From positions 2,916,001 through 2,980,000 of the forward strand of contig CM075996.1 of the NCBI GenBank assembly GCA_038087875.1: a stretch of 64,000 nucleotides of DNA, written 5' to 3'. A program made the position numbers and the translations under genes. Position 1 is the stretch's first letter. Every line of letters starts with the position of its first letter. The notes under the pieces were generated by a model that saw only the letters and a program-made list of their open reading frames with translations, was not told the DNA's origin and did no database searches. The DNA is from Malacoraja senta. Lineage: Eukaryota. Positions 11,888 through 23,772 of the stretch are shown here, one piece after another.

Positions 11888-14589
11888 AGTTTTCAAAGGT
11901 TCAAAGGTCTGTTTATTGTGAATGCAGACGTGGAATTCTCTGCCTCAGAGGGCGGTGGAGGCGGGTTCTCTGGATGCTTTCAAGAGAGAGCTAGATAGGG
12001 CTCTTAAAGATAGCGGAGTCAGGGGATATGGGAAGAAGGCAGGAACGGGGTACTGATTGGGGATGGTCAGCCATGATCACATTGAATGGCGGTGCTGGCT
12101 CGAAGGGCCAAATGCCCTACTCCTGCACCTATTGTCTATTGTCTATAAAATGCTGGAGCATCTCTGGAGAGAAGGAATGGGTAGACACAAAATGCTGGAG
12201 TAACTCAGCGGGACAGGCAGTCCCAACCTACTCAGCCTCTCCCTATAGCTCAGACCCTCCAGTCTTGGCAACACCCTTGTAAATCTTCTCTGTCCCCTTT
12301 CCATCTTGATAACACCTTCCCTATAATATGTCAAGGGTGTCAAGGGTTATGAGGAGAAGGCAGGAGAGTGGGGTTAGGAGGGAGAGATTGATCAGCCATG
12401 ATTGAGTGGAGGAGTAGACTTGATGGGTCGAATGGCCAAATTTTACTGCTGTCATTTATGACCTTACGATAACAAGGTGCCCAGAACTGAACGCAATATG
12501 TACACAATAAGAGAAATCATGAGAGGAATAGATCAGGTAGATGCAGAGTAAGTGAATCGAGGACCAGGACATAGGTTTAAGGTGAAGGGGAAAAGATTTA
12601 ATAGGAATCTGAGGGTTAACATTTTCACACAAAGGGTGGTGGGGTGTACGGAACAAGCTGCCAGGGGAGATAGCTGAGGCTGGGACTATCCCAACGTTTA
12701 AGAAATAGTTAGGCGTGGGAGATTGCAACCTTCACGTGGTCCGCCCTGTTTCGACGAATACAATCAAATAAGATCAAATAGAACAAGTTGTCCTACAACT
12801 TTAGGCTGTGCACGCCATACGCAAGAAGAAGAAGAAACAGTTAGACAGGTGCATGGATAGGACAAGTTTGGAGGGATATGGGGTAAACGCGGGCAGGTGG
12901 GACTAATGTAGCTGGGACATGTTGGCCGGTGTGAGCAAGTTGGGCCGAAGGGCCTGTTTCCACACTGCATCACGCGATGACCCCATGACTCTGATAAAGT
13001 ATAGGTATAAGTATAGGTTTTCCCCTCCATGTGGATATAAACAGTAGGAAAAAAAAAGAAAATCCACTTGAGAAAACAGAGGGCCTCGGTTCAATGTATC
13101 ATCCCTATAAATGGCACCTGTAGTAAGTGCCTCCTTTGATGTGATTAGAATGTCAGTCTGAATTTGTATGCTCATTTCTCTGGGGTGAAACTAGAACAAA
13201 CAATGTAATGAGTCAGAGATAGGGATGCTGCAAAATACACTGCGGTTACTGCCAATTACAGATTTATCCAAGCTTTTAAACAAGGGCACGGCACCTCTTG
13301 GATACTCTCGTGTGCAGGAAGGAACTGCAGATGCTGCTTTACACCAAAGATAGACACAAAATGCAAGAGAAACTCAGCGGGACAGGCAGCATCTCTGGAG
13401 AGAAGGAATGGGTGACGTTTCGGGTCGAGGCCCTTCTTCCTGAAGGTGTTAAGGGTTATGGGGAGAAGGAAGGAGAATGGGGTTAGGAGGGATAGACACA
13501 AACATAGAAACATAGAAAATAGGTGCAGGAGTAGGCCATTCGGCCCTTCGAGCCTGCACCGCCATTCAATATGATCATGGCTGATCATCCAACTCAGTAT
13601 CCTGTACCTGCCTTCTCTCCATACCCCCTGATCCCTTTAGCCACAAGGGCCATATCTAACTCCCTCTTAAATATAGCCAATGAACTGGCCTCAACTACCT
13701 TCTGTGGCAGAGAGTTCCAGAAAACCCATGCGGTCACGGGAATAACGTACAAACTCCGTACAGACAGTACGCGTATTCTGTATTGAACCCGGGTCTCTGG
13801 CACTGTGAGGCAGCAACTCTACCGCTGCACCACGGTGCAGTCTTTTTCTCCCTGCCCCCTCAGCAGGACCCGCAGCATCTCTGGATAGAAGGACGTTTCG
13901 GGTGGCTGTATCTGTCTGAAGAAGGGTCTCGACCCGTAACATCACCCATTCCTTCTCTCCAGAGATGCTGCCTGTCCCGCTGAGTTACTCCAGCATTTTG
14001 AGTCCATCTTAGATACGCTCACAGGGAGGCGACTAGGGGGCAGGGAGAAAAAGACTGCATTTAAAGACTGCACCGTGGTGTAGCGGTAGAGTTGCTGCCT
14101 CACAGTGCCAGAGACCCGGGTTCCCTACAGAATACGCGTACTGTCTGTACGGAGTTTGTACGTTATCCCCGTGACCTGCGTGGGTTTTCCTGGATGCTCC
14201 GTTTCCTCCCACACTCCAAAGATGTGCAGGTTTGTAGGCTATTTGGCTTCTGTAAATTGTCCCTAATGTGTGGGATTGAACTAGCGTACAGGTGATCGCT
14301 GGTCAACGCGAACCTGGTGGGCCGAAGGGCCTGTTTCCACGCTGTATCTCTAAACTAAAACAAAAAAAAATCTCTCACTTTGCATAATGTTCCATATCCA
14401 TATTATCTTCAGAAAAGCTTTTGTTGCGTGCTATCCAGTCAGCAGAAAGACAATACATGATTACAATCGAGCTGCTTACAGTGTACAGATACATGATGAG
14501 GGAATAACGTTTAGTGCAAGGTAAAGCTAGCAAAGTCTGATCAAGGATAGTCCGAGGGACACCAATGAGGTAGATAGTAGTTCAGCACT

Positions 14590-14885
14590 GCTCTCTGGTG
14601 AGGTAGGATGATTCAGTTGCCTGATAACAGCTGGGATGAAACTGTCCCTGAATCTGGAGGTGTGCGTTTTCACACTTCTGTACCTTTTGACCGATGGGAG
14701 AGGGAGAAGAGGGAGTGACTGGTCCTTGATTGTGCTGCTGGCCTTGCCGAGGCAGTGTGAAGTGTAAATGGTCCATAGAAGAGAGGTTGGTTTGTGTGAT
14801 GGTCAGTGTGATGTGTCTACAATTTGCTGCATTTTCTTGTGGTCTCGGTGGGAGCTGTTCCCAAACCGTGATGCATCCCGATAAA
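14590..14885 (-). mobile_element. Rex1/Babar LINE 3' fragment
   Basis: Reverse complement of the Rex1-type 3' coding end also seen at 27215-27620. Confidence 0.7.
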
Positions 14886-15984
14886 ATGCTTCAGGTACAA
14901 AGTGTCCAATCCCAATTTATCCCAATAAACTGAGCCTCTACTCGCTGGAGTTTAGAAGGTTGAGGGAAGGACCTCATTGAAACTTGCAGAATAATGAAAG
15001 GCATAGATAGAGTGGATGTGGAGAGTCTAGGACCAGAGGTCACAGCCTCAGAAATAAAGGACGTTCTTTTAGAAAGGAGTTGAGGAAAAACTTATTTCGT
15101 CAGAGGGTGGTGAATCTGTGGAACTCATTGCCACTGAGGGCTGTGGAGGCCAAGTCAGTGGATATTTTCTAAGACAGTGATAGACAAATTCTTAAGAAGG
15201 AACTGCAGATGCTGGACAATCGAAGGTAGACAAAAGTGCTGGAGAAACTCAGCGGGTGCAGCAGCATCTATGGAGCGAAGGAAATAGGCCATGTTTTGGG
15301 CCGAAACCCTTCTTCAGGCTGAAGAAGGGTTTTGATTAGAACGAGTGACAAGGGTTATGGGGAGAAGGCAGGAAAATAGGATTAAGAGGCATAGATCAGC
15401 CATGAATGAACGGCGGAGCTGACTCGATGGGCCGAATGCCCTAATCTACTCCTTTAACTTGTGAACTTGCGCAAGTGATCGGCCTCAAGGCGAAGATGTT
15501 TATTATAAGCAGCAGCGAAACATAATTATGACACAATTTGTAGAAGCATTATACGATACAATACAAAGTCAGTCTGTAGTCATTGGAGGAGCTGGGGCGC
15601 ATCCCCTTTGGCACAGGGACCAGGCAAGGATGTCTTCCACATCACAGGAACCCCTCTGCAGACAGGCTCAGGCTGAAGATATGCTGGAGTACTTAGTGTC
15701 GTAGTTAGTGGCCGCCCCGTATTTCTCCCGTGTGCCTAACTCTGCCGCTGTCCACGCAGTTTAACACGTAAGACGTAATTGTACAAGGCCTCGTGAGGGA
15801 AGTGATGAGTTGCAAGCGCTGGAGACAGGAATGGAGGATTAACTCATGGACCAGGGAATTCACACCTGAGCATGACATAATTTAGGTCACATTTGTTTTG
15901 CTCAGTTGCCACTGCCGAGGATGAGGAAGTGAAAAAAAATCTATGAACCAAGCACACTACTGTAATGAGTAGTTTAGTTTCGTT

Positions 15985-16462
15985 TATAGACAATAGACAA
16001 TAGGTGCAGGAGCAGGCCATTTGGCCCTTCGAGCTAGCACCGCCAATCAATGTGATCATGGCTGATCATCCCCAATCAGTACCCCGTTCCTTCATTCTCC
16101 CCATATCCCCTGACTCCGCTATTTTTAAGAGCCCTATCTAGCTCTCTCTTGAAAGCATCCAGAGAACCTGCCTCCACCGCCCTCTGAGGCAGAGAATTCC
16201 ACAGACTCACCACTCTCTGTGAGAAAAAGTGTTTCCTCGTCTCCGTTTTAAATGGCTTACTCCTTATTCTTAAACTGTGGCCCCTGGTTCTGGACTCCCC
16301 CAACATCGGGAACATGTTTCCTGCCTCTAGCGTGTCCAAACCCTTAACAATCTTATATGTTTCAATGAGATATCCTCTCATCCTTCTAAACTCCAGAGTG
16401 TACAAGCCCAGCTGCTTCATTCTCTCACCATATGACAGTCCCGCCATCCCGGGAATTAACCT
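15985..16462 (-). mobile_element. CR1 LINE 3' fragment
   Basis: [35 protein letters not shown]; (TATTGTC)n tail. Confidence 0.9.
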
Positions 16463-17044
16463 TTTAATTTAATTTAGAGATATCGCGCGGAAACAGGCAC
16501 TTCAGACCTCCGATTCCACACCGACCAGTGAACCCCGCACGGCAGCACTATCCTACACACACACTAGGGACGATTTACATATACACAAAGCCAATTAACC
16601 TACAAACCCGTACATCTCTGGAGTGTGGGAGGGAACTGGAGATCCTGGAAACAAACCCACGCAGGTCACGGGGAAGAAAGTGCAAACTCCGTACAGGCAG
16701 CACCTGTAGTCAGGATCGAACCCGGGTCTCTGGGGCTGTGAGGCAGCAACTCCACCGCTGCACCACCGTGCCGCCCCGAGGAGGAAGGAACTGCAGATGC
16801 CGGTTTACACCAAAGACACAAAATGCTGGAGTAACTCAGCGGGTTAGGCAGCATCTCTGGGGAAGAGGTCATCAGAAAGGTAGGGTCTCGACCCGAAACA
16901 TCACCTATTCCTTTTCTCCAGAGTTGCTGCCTGACCTGCTGAGTTACTCCAGCATTTTGTGTCTATCTACACTGCAGTAATGATACAGATTTAAATATAT
17001 CTAACAAAGATGCACAAGAAAGCTTGCATTTGTTGCTCCCCCAT

Positions 17045-17515
17045 CAGTCACAGAGACTCATAGAGTGATACAGCGTGGAAACAGGCCCTTCGGCCCAACT
17101 TGCCCACACTGTCCAACATGTCCCAGCTACACTAGTCCCACCTGCCTGCATTTGGGCTGTATCCCTCCAAACCTGTCCTATCCATGTACCTGTCTAACTG
17201 TTTCTTAAACGTTGGGATAGCCCCAGCCTCAACTACCTCCTCTGGCAGCTCGTTCCATACACCCACCACCCTTTGTGTGAAAAAAGCACCCCTCAGATTC
17301 CTATTAAATCTTTTCACCTTCACCTTGAACCCGTGTCCTCCAGTCCTTGATTCCCCTACTCTGGGCAAGAGACTCTGTGCGTCCACCCGATCTATTCCTC
17401 TCATGATTTTATACACCTCAATAAGATCACCCCTCATCCTCCTGCGCTCCAAGGAATAGAGACCCAGCCTACTCAACCTCTCCCTGCAGCCCTGGCAACA
17501 TCCTCGTAAAGGTCC
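17045..17515 (-). mobile_element. CR1 LINE 3' fragment (second subfamily; tail resembles the V-SINE tail)
   Basis: [55 protein letters not shown] tail. Confidence 0.9.
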
Positions 17516-19548
17516 TCGCTTCATGATACTGATCGAGGAACAGTGTGGTGGTGGACAATGCCTGGCCCATCACAGGTACTGACCTCCCCACCATCGAAGG
17601 GATCAACAGGAGGTGTTGCCTCTAAAAGGGCAGTCACGGTGGCGCAGCGGTAGAGTTGCTGCCTTGCAGCGAATGCAGCGCCGGAGACCCGGGTTCGATC
17701 CCGACTACGGGTGCTGTCTGAACGGAGTTTGTACCTTCTCCCCGTGACCTGCGTGGGTTTCCTCCAACATCTTCTGTTTCCTCCCAAACTCCAGAGACGT
17801 ACGGGCTTGTAGGTTAATTGGGTCGGTAAATGTAAAAATTGTCCCTAGTGGGTGTAGGATAGTGTTAGTGCGCGGGGATCACTGGTCGGCGCGTTCCCGG
17901 TGGGGCCGAAGGGCCTGTTTCTGCGCTGTATCTCTAAACTAAACTGAACTAAAAAGGCAGCCAGCTTCATCAGAGACCCGCACCACCCTGGCCACACATT
18001 CATCTCACTTCTGCCATCGGGTGACAAAGGTATAGATTTTTAGTTTAGAGATACAGCATGGAAACAAGCCCTTCGGCCCATCGAGTACACACTGAGCATC
18101 GATCATGTATTGTCTTTCCGCTGACTGGTTAGCACGCAACAAAAGCTTTTCACTGTACCTCGGTACACGTGACAATAAACTGAACCCAAAGCCGTTCACA
18201 CTAGTTCTATGGTACCCCTCCTTTCTCGCCCATTCCCTGCACCGCGAGGGTCAATTTTAGAGGCGGGCCAATTAACAGCCAAACCCGCGTGCCTTCGGGA
18301 CGTGGGAAGAAACCGGAGCACCCGGAGGAAACCCACGGGGGTCACAGGGAGAACGTGCAAACTCCACGTAGACAGCGCCCGAGGTGAGATTCGAACTTGG
18401 GTCGCCGGTGCTGTGAGGCAGAGGCTCTACCCGAGGTAACAGCGCCTGAGAAGCAAGATCATCAGCTTTAAGAACAGATTCTTCCCACTTTTGAACACTG
18501 CCCATCACCAGGCTCAGCAAGTATAATCTTCCATGCACCGTGTCTTCAGTTGCACTATGAACTTCGGTCTCTGAACTATAGTTACCTTGTTTTACTGTTA
18601 CTAATCGATTGTGTTATTGATTATTATATATTTATCTGCAGGTTATCATGTTAATGGGCCTTTAAAGCTGCAGCAAGTGTGAATGTCATTGTTTGATTGC
18701 CAACACATACGACAAACATTCTTGACTCTCTCGAGCTCCCCTCTGACCTCAGCCAAGCATTTTCATTGCGATCTTGGGCAATGCCAGCTAGGACCAGAGG
18801 TCATAGCCTCAGAATAAAAAGACGTTCCTTAAGGAAGGAGATGAGGAGGAATTTATTCAGTCAGAGAGTGGTGAATCTGTGGAATTCTTTGCCACAGAAG
18901 GCTACGTCAATGGATATTTCTAAGGCAGAGATAGATAGATTCTTGATTAGTACGGGTGTCAGGGGTTATGGGGAGAAGGCAGGAGAATGGGGTTAGGAGG
19001 GAGAGATAAATCAGCCTTGACTGAATGGCGGAGTGGACTTGATGGGCCGAATGGCCTGATTCTGCTCCTATCACATGACCTTATGAAAAGGGTGTTTAAA
19101 TATGTGTAAGAAGGAACTGCAGATGCCGGTTTAAACCGAAGATAGACACAAAAGCTGGAGTAACTCAGCGGGACAGGCAGAGAAGGAATGCATGACGTTT
19201 CAGGACGAGACCCTTCTTGAGACCCGAAACGTCACCCATTCCTTCTCTCCAGAGATGCTGCCTGTCCCGCTGAGTTACTGCAGATTGTTATGTCCATCGT
19301 CGGTGTTTAAATGTGCACCATTGTGTAAAAACGTGCATGGGTTCAGCAGGATGCCGCCTGGATTAGAGGGTGAAGGCTACAAAGAGAGGTTGGCTATACT
19401 TGGACTGTCTGCTCAAGAATATCAGAGGTTGAGGGGTGACCTGATAGAGGGTATATAAAGATATGAGGGAGAGATAGAATGGATAGTCAAGATCGATTGT
19501 AATCAGTCACGTACAGCCTTTCCGCTGACTGGATAGCACGCAACAGAA

Positions 19549-19748
19549 NNNNNNNNNNNNNNNNNNNNNNNNNNNNNNNNNNNNNNNNNNNNNNNNNNNN
19601 NNNNNNNNNNNNNNNNNNNNNNNNNNNNNNNNNNNNNNNNNNNNNNNNNNNNNNNNNNNNNNNNNNNNNNNNNNNNNNNNNNNNNNNNNNNNNNNNNNNN
19701 NNNNNNNNNNNNNNNNNNNNNNNNNNNNNNNNNNNNNNNNNNNNNNNN
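19549..19748. other. Assembly gap (200 N)
   Basis: N run. Confidence 1.
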
Positions 19749-19877
19749 ATGAGAAGGAACAAACTCCGTACAGACAAGCACCCATAGTCGGGATCGAACC
19801 GGGATCTCTGCGCTTTGAGGCAGCAACTCTACAGCTGCGCTTCCCTGCCCCCCCCCCCCCCCAAGAGTTCTGGATCA

Positions 19878-20400
19878 AACCTAATTTGAGGAAGGACATT
19901 CTTGCTATTGAGGGAGTGCAGCGTAGGTTTACAAGGTTAATTCCCGGGATGGCGGGACTGTCATATGCTGAGAGAATGGAGCAGCTGGGCTTGTACACTC
20001 TGGAGTTTAGAAGGATGAGAGGGTATCTCATTGAAACATATAAGATTGTTCAGGGTTTGGACACGCTAGAGGCAGGAAACATGTTCCCAATGTTGGGGGA
20101 GTCCAGAACCAGGGGCCACAGTTTAGGAATAAGGTGTAAGCCATTTAGAACGGAGACAAGGAAACACTTTTTCTCACAGAGAATGGTGAGTCTATGGAAT
20201 TCTCTGCCTCAGAGGGCGGTGGAGGCAGGTTCTCTGGATGCTTTCAAGATAGGGCTCTTAAAAATAGCGGAGTCAGGGGATATGGGGAGAAGGCAAGAAC
20301 GGGGTACTGATTGGGGATGATCAGCCATGATCACATTGAATGGCGGTGCTGGCTCGAAGGGCCAAATGGCCTACTCCTGCACCTATTGTCTGTTGTCTAT
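19878..20400 (+). mobile_element. CR1 LINE 3' fragment
   Basis: LRKDILAIEGVQRRFTRLIPGMAGLSY... Confidence 0.9.
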
Positions 20401-20904
20401 TGAACCCGGGTCTCCAGCACTGTGAGACAGCAGTTCCACTGCCTCCCTCTACTGTAAATAAGCTGGCGAGTGTCTCATCTCTGTGTGAGGTGATGTGCTG
20501 TCCCTACCCTCTCAGTGTCATCTCCAGACAATAGCAGAGTCACAACATTTCTGCCAGCACATCACACAACATACACCCTCATTTCAAGATGGCAAACCAC
20601 ATTCAACGTGGCACCTTGGAGACAATGGACCAGACTTCTCCGTCTACAACTGCAATGACTGTCCTGTGAATGTTCTGACTATAAAGATCTATAACGTCAG
20701 TATCTCCACCAATGTAAAGCACTTTGGCCAACGAGAGTTGTTTTTTAAATGTGCTATAGAAATAAAAGTGACTTGACTTGACTTGACTTAAAGTCTTGCC
20801 TAAAAAGTAACTGTTTAGGCAGAACTTTACTGTTTGTAGATAGACACAAAATACTGGAGTAACTCAAGTGGGCACAGGCAGCATCTCTGGATAGAAGGAA
20901 TGGG

Positions 20905-20933
20905 TGACGTTTCGGGTCGAGACCCTTCTTCAG
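20905..20933 (-). ncRNA. Minimal hammerhead ribozyme motif in a Penelope-derived repeat
   Basis: Reverse strand reads CUGAAGA-A-GGGU(CUCG)ACCC-GAAA-C-GUC-A. Confidence 0.6.
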
Positions 20934-21279
20934 ACTGTCACCCATTCCTTCTCTCCAGAGATGCTGCCCGTCCTGCTGGGTTCCTCCAGCATTCTGTGTC
21001 TATCTTCGGTGTAAACCGGCACCTGCAGTTCCTTCCTACACTATTTAGTATTTATGTGTAGGAAGGAACTGCAGGTGCTGGTTTAGACCGAAGATAGACA
21101 CAGAATGCTGGAGTAACTCAGCGGGGGCGGGCAGCGTCTCTGGAGAGAGGGAATGGGTAACACTTCTTCAGATGGGTCTCGACCTGAAACGTCACTCATG
21201 TCATGTTTACTATTTACCGAGCAATGTATCGTATGAGGTAAGCTACGGATTTATTTCAAGAACAGTCAGAATTGCCTTC

Positions 21280-21900
21280 TCAATAGACAATAGACAATAG
21301 GTGCAGGAGTAGGCCATTTGGCCCTTCGAACCAGCACCGCATTCAATGTGATCATGGCTGATCATCCCCAATCAGTACCCCGTTCCTGCCTTCTCCCCAT
21401 ATCCCCTGACTCCACTATCTTTACATAGAAACATAGAAACATAGACAATAGGTGCAGGAGTAGGCCATTCGGCCCTTCGAGCCTGCACCGCCATTCAATA
21501 TGATCATGGCTGATCATCCAACTCAGTATCCTGTACCTGCCTTCTCTCCATACCCCCTGATCCCTTTAGCCACAAGGGCCACATCTAACTCCCTCTTAAA
21601 TATAGCCAATGAACTGGCCTCAACTACATTCTGTGGCAGAGAATTCCAGAGATTCACCACTCTCTGTGTAAAAAATGTTTTTCTCATCTCAGTCCTAAAA
21701 GATTTCCCCTTTATCCTTAAACTGTGACCCCTTGTTCTGGACTTCCCCAACATCGGGAACAATCTTCCTGCATCTAGCCTGTCCTTTAAGAGCCCTATCT
21801 AGCTCTCTGTTGAAAGCATCCAGAGAACTTGCCTCTGAGGCAGAGAATTCCACAGATTCACCACTCTCTGTGAGAAAAAGTGTTTCCTCGTCTCCGTTCT
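21280..21900 (-). mobile_element. CR1 3' fragment with a second CR1 (about 21424-21783) nested inside
   Basis: The outer copy is interrupted at ..CTATCTTT and resumes TTTAAGAGCCC; the inner copy has a (CTATGTTT)n tail. Confidence 0.8.
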
Positions 21901-22407
21901 AACCGAGGAGAAGGTTAAGACCGATGAGACTGGTCGGGCCGAATGGCCTAAATCTGCTAACGTAGAGTCTAGAGCCCTCAGCTCAGTTTAGTATAGAGAC
22001 ACAGCGTGGAAGTAGGCCTTTCGGCCCACCGAGTCCGCATCGACCAATGATCATCGGTACATAGTTCCATCCTACACACTGGGCACAATTTACAGAGGGT
22101 TAATTAACCTGCAAACCCGCACGTCTTCGGGATGTGGGACGAAACTGGAGCACCTCGAGGAAACCCACGTGGTCACAGGGGGGACGTGCAAACTCCACGC
22201 TCAGACAGCACCCGAGGTCAGGATTAATGAAAGTCCTAATGGGAGTTTTGATCATTGTCTAACCCAAAGATCCTACCCCTCGTTTATTATTTAAACACTG
22301 CCCGATGATCGAAGTCCCACTGATAACTTCTCCCTTCAACATTTGAATTGAAATTATTTTCTTAAACCAAGGCATGATTCTAACTCACGGGTTTGAACAC
22401 TACATGT

Positions 22408-22436
22408 CTGAAGAAGGGTCTCGACCCGAAACGTCA
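22408..22436 (+). ncRNA. Minimal hammerhead ribozyme motif in a Penelope-derived repeat
   Basis: CTGAAGA A GGGT CTCG ACCC GAAA C GTC A: intact catalytic core, 4-bp stem II, palindromic ACGU stem III, GUC cleavage triplet. Confidence 0.6.
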
Positions 22437-22499
22437 CCTATTCCTTTTCTCCAGAGATGCTGCCTGACCTGTTGAGTTACTCCAGCTTTTTTCATAGAT

Positions 22500-23772
22500 T
22501 CATAGAATCACAGAGTGATACAGTGTGGAAACAGGCCCTTCGGCCCAACTAGCCCACACCGGCCAACATGTCCCATCAACACTAGTCCCACCTGCCCGCA
22601 TTTGGCCCGTATACCTCCAAACCTGTCCTATCCATGTACCTGTCTAACTGTTTCTTAAATGGGATACACCCAGCCTCAACTACCTCCTCTGGCAGCTCGT
22701 TCCATACACCCACCACCCTTTGTGTGAAAAAGTTACCCCTCAGATTCCTATTAAATCTTTTCCCCTTCACCTTAAACCCATGGCCTCTGGTCCTCGATTC
22801 GCCTACTCTGGGCAAGAGACTCTGTGCATCTACCCGATCTATTCCATTTATGATTTTGTACAGTTCTATAAGACCACCCCTCATCCTCCTGCGCTTCCAG
22901 CCTGCTCAACCTCTCCCTAATTCAGACTCTCTCATCCTGGCAACATCCTGGTAAATCTTCTCTGAACCCTTTCCAGCTTGACAACGTTTTTCCTATAAAA
23001 TTTCCTATGAGGCAGGAAACATGTTCCCGATGTTGGGGGGAGTCCAGAACCAGGGGCCACACACAGTTTAAGAATAAGGAGTAAGCCATTTAGAAGTCTA
23101 AAATAGATGGTTTTTTAGCTGCCAAGGGGATAAGGGGCTACGGGGAGAGGGCAGGGATATGGACCTAGGTATGGTTAGTATAGTAAGACCTGAGTGATCT
23201 CCTGGACAAGTGTCGATCGCCTGGATTGGGGTCGGAGAGGAATTTCCCGGATTTTTTTCCCGAATTGGACCTGGGTTTTTATCCGGTTTTTTGCCTCCCC
23301 CAGGAGATCACGCGGTTCTTGGGGTGGAGAGGGGTGATAGCGATATAAAGGGGAGGGTAGTGTCTTTTTGTTCTGTGTCTTGTGTCTACTGTTTGTGGGT
23401 AAGGGTGTCTGTTTAGTGTTCAGCCATGAGCGAATGGCGGTGCGGGCTCGATGGGCCTGGTGGTCTGCTCTCGCACCTACTTTCTATGTTCCTATGTTTC
23501 TATGTTTCTAGAACGGAGACGAGGAAACACTTTTTTCACACAGAGAGTGGTGAGTCTGTGGAATTCTCTGCCTCAGAGGGCGGTGGAGGCAGGTTCTCTG
23601 GATGCTTTCAAGAGAGAGCTAGATAGGGCTCTTAAAGATAACGGAGTCAGGGGATATGGGGAGAAGGCAGGAACGGGGTACTGATTGGGGATGATCAGCC
23701 ATGATCACATTGAATGGCGGTGCTGGCTCGAAGGGCCAAATGGCCTGCTCCTGCACCTATTGTCTATTGTCT
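22500..23772. mobile_element. Cluster of CR1 3' fragments (22500-23000 minus; 23008-23772 plus, with a nested insert at about 23097-23510)
   Basis: ORF2 C-terminal peptides and CR1 tails. Confidence 0.85.

Noticed and set aside
11114..11896. 260-aa ORF (SNLQISK repeats) and the opposite-strand ORF
   Set aside because: Translation of the 9-bp minisatellite running into the promoter; not a plausible protein.
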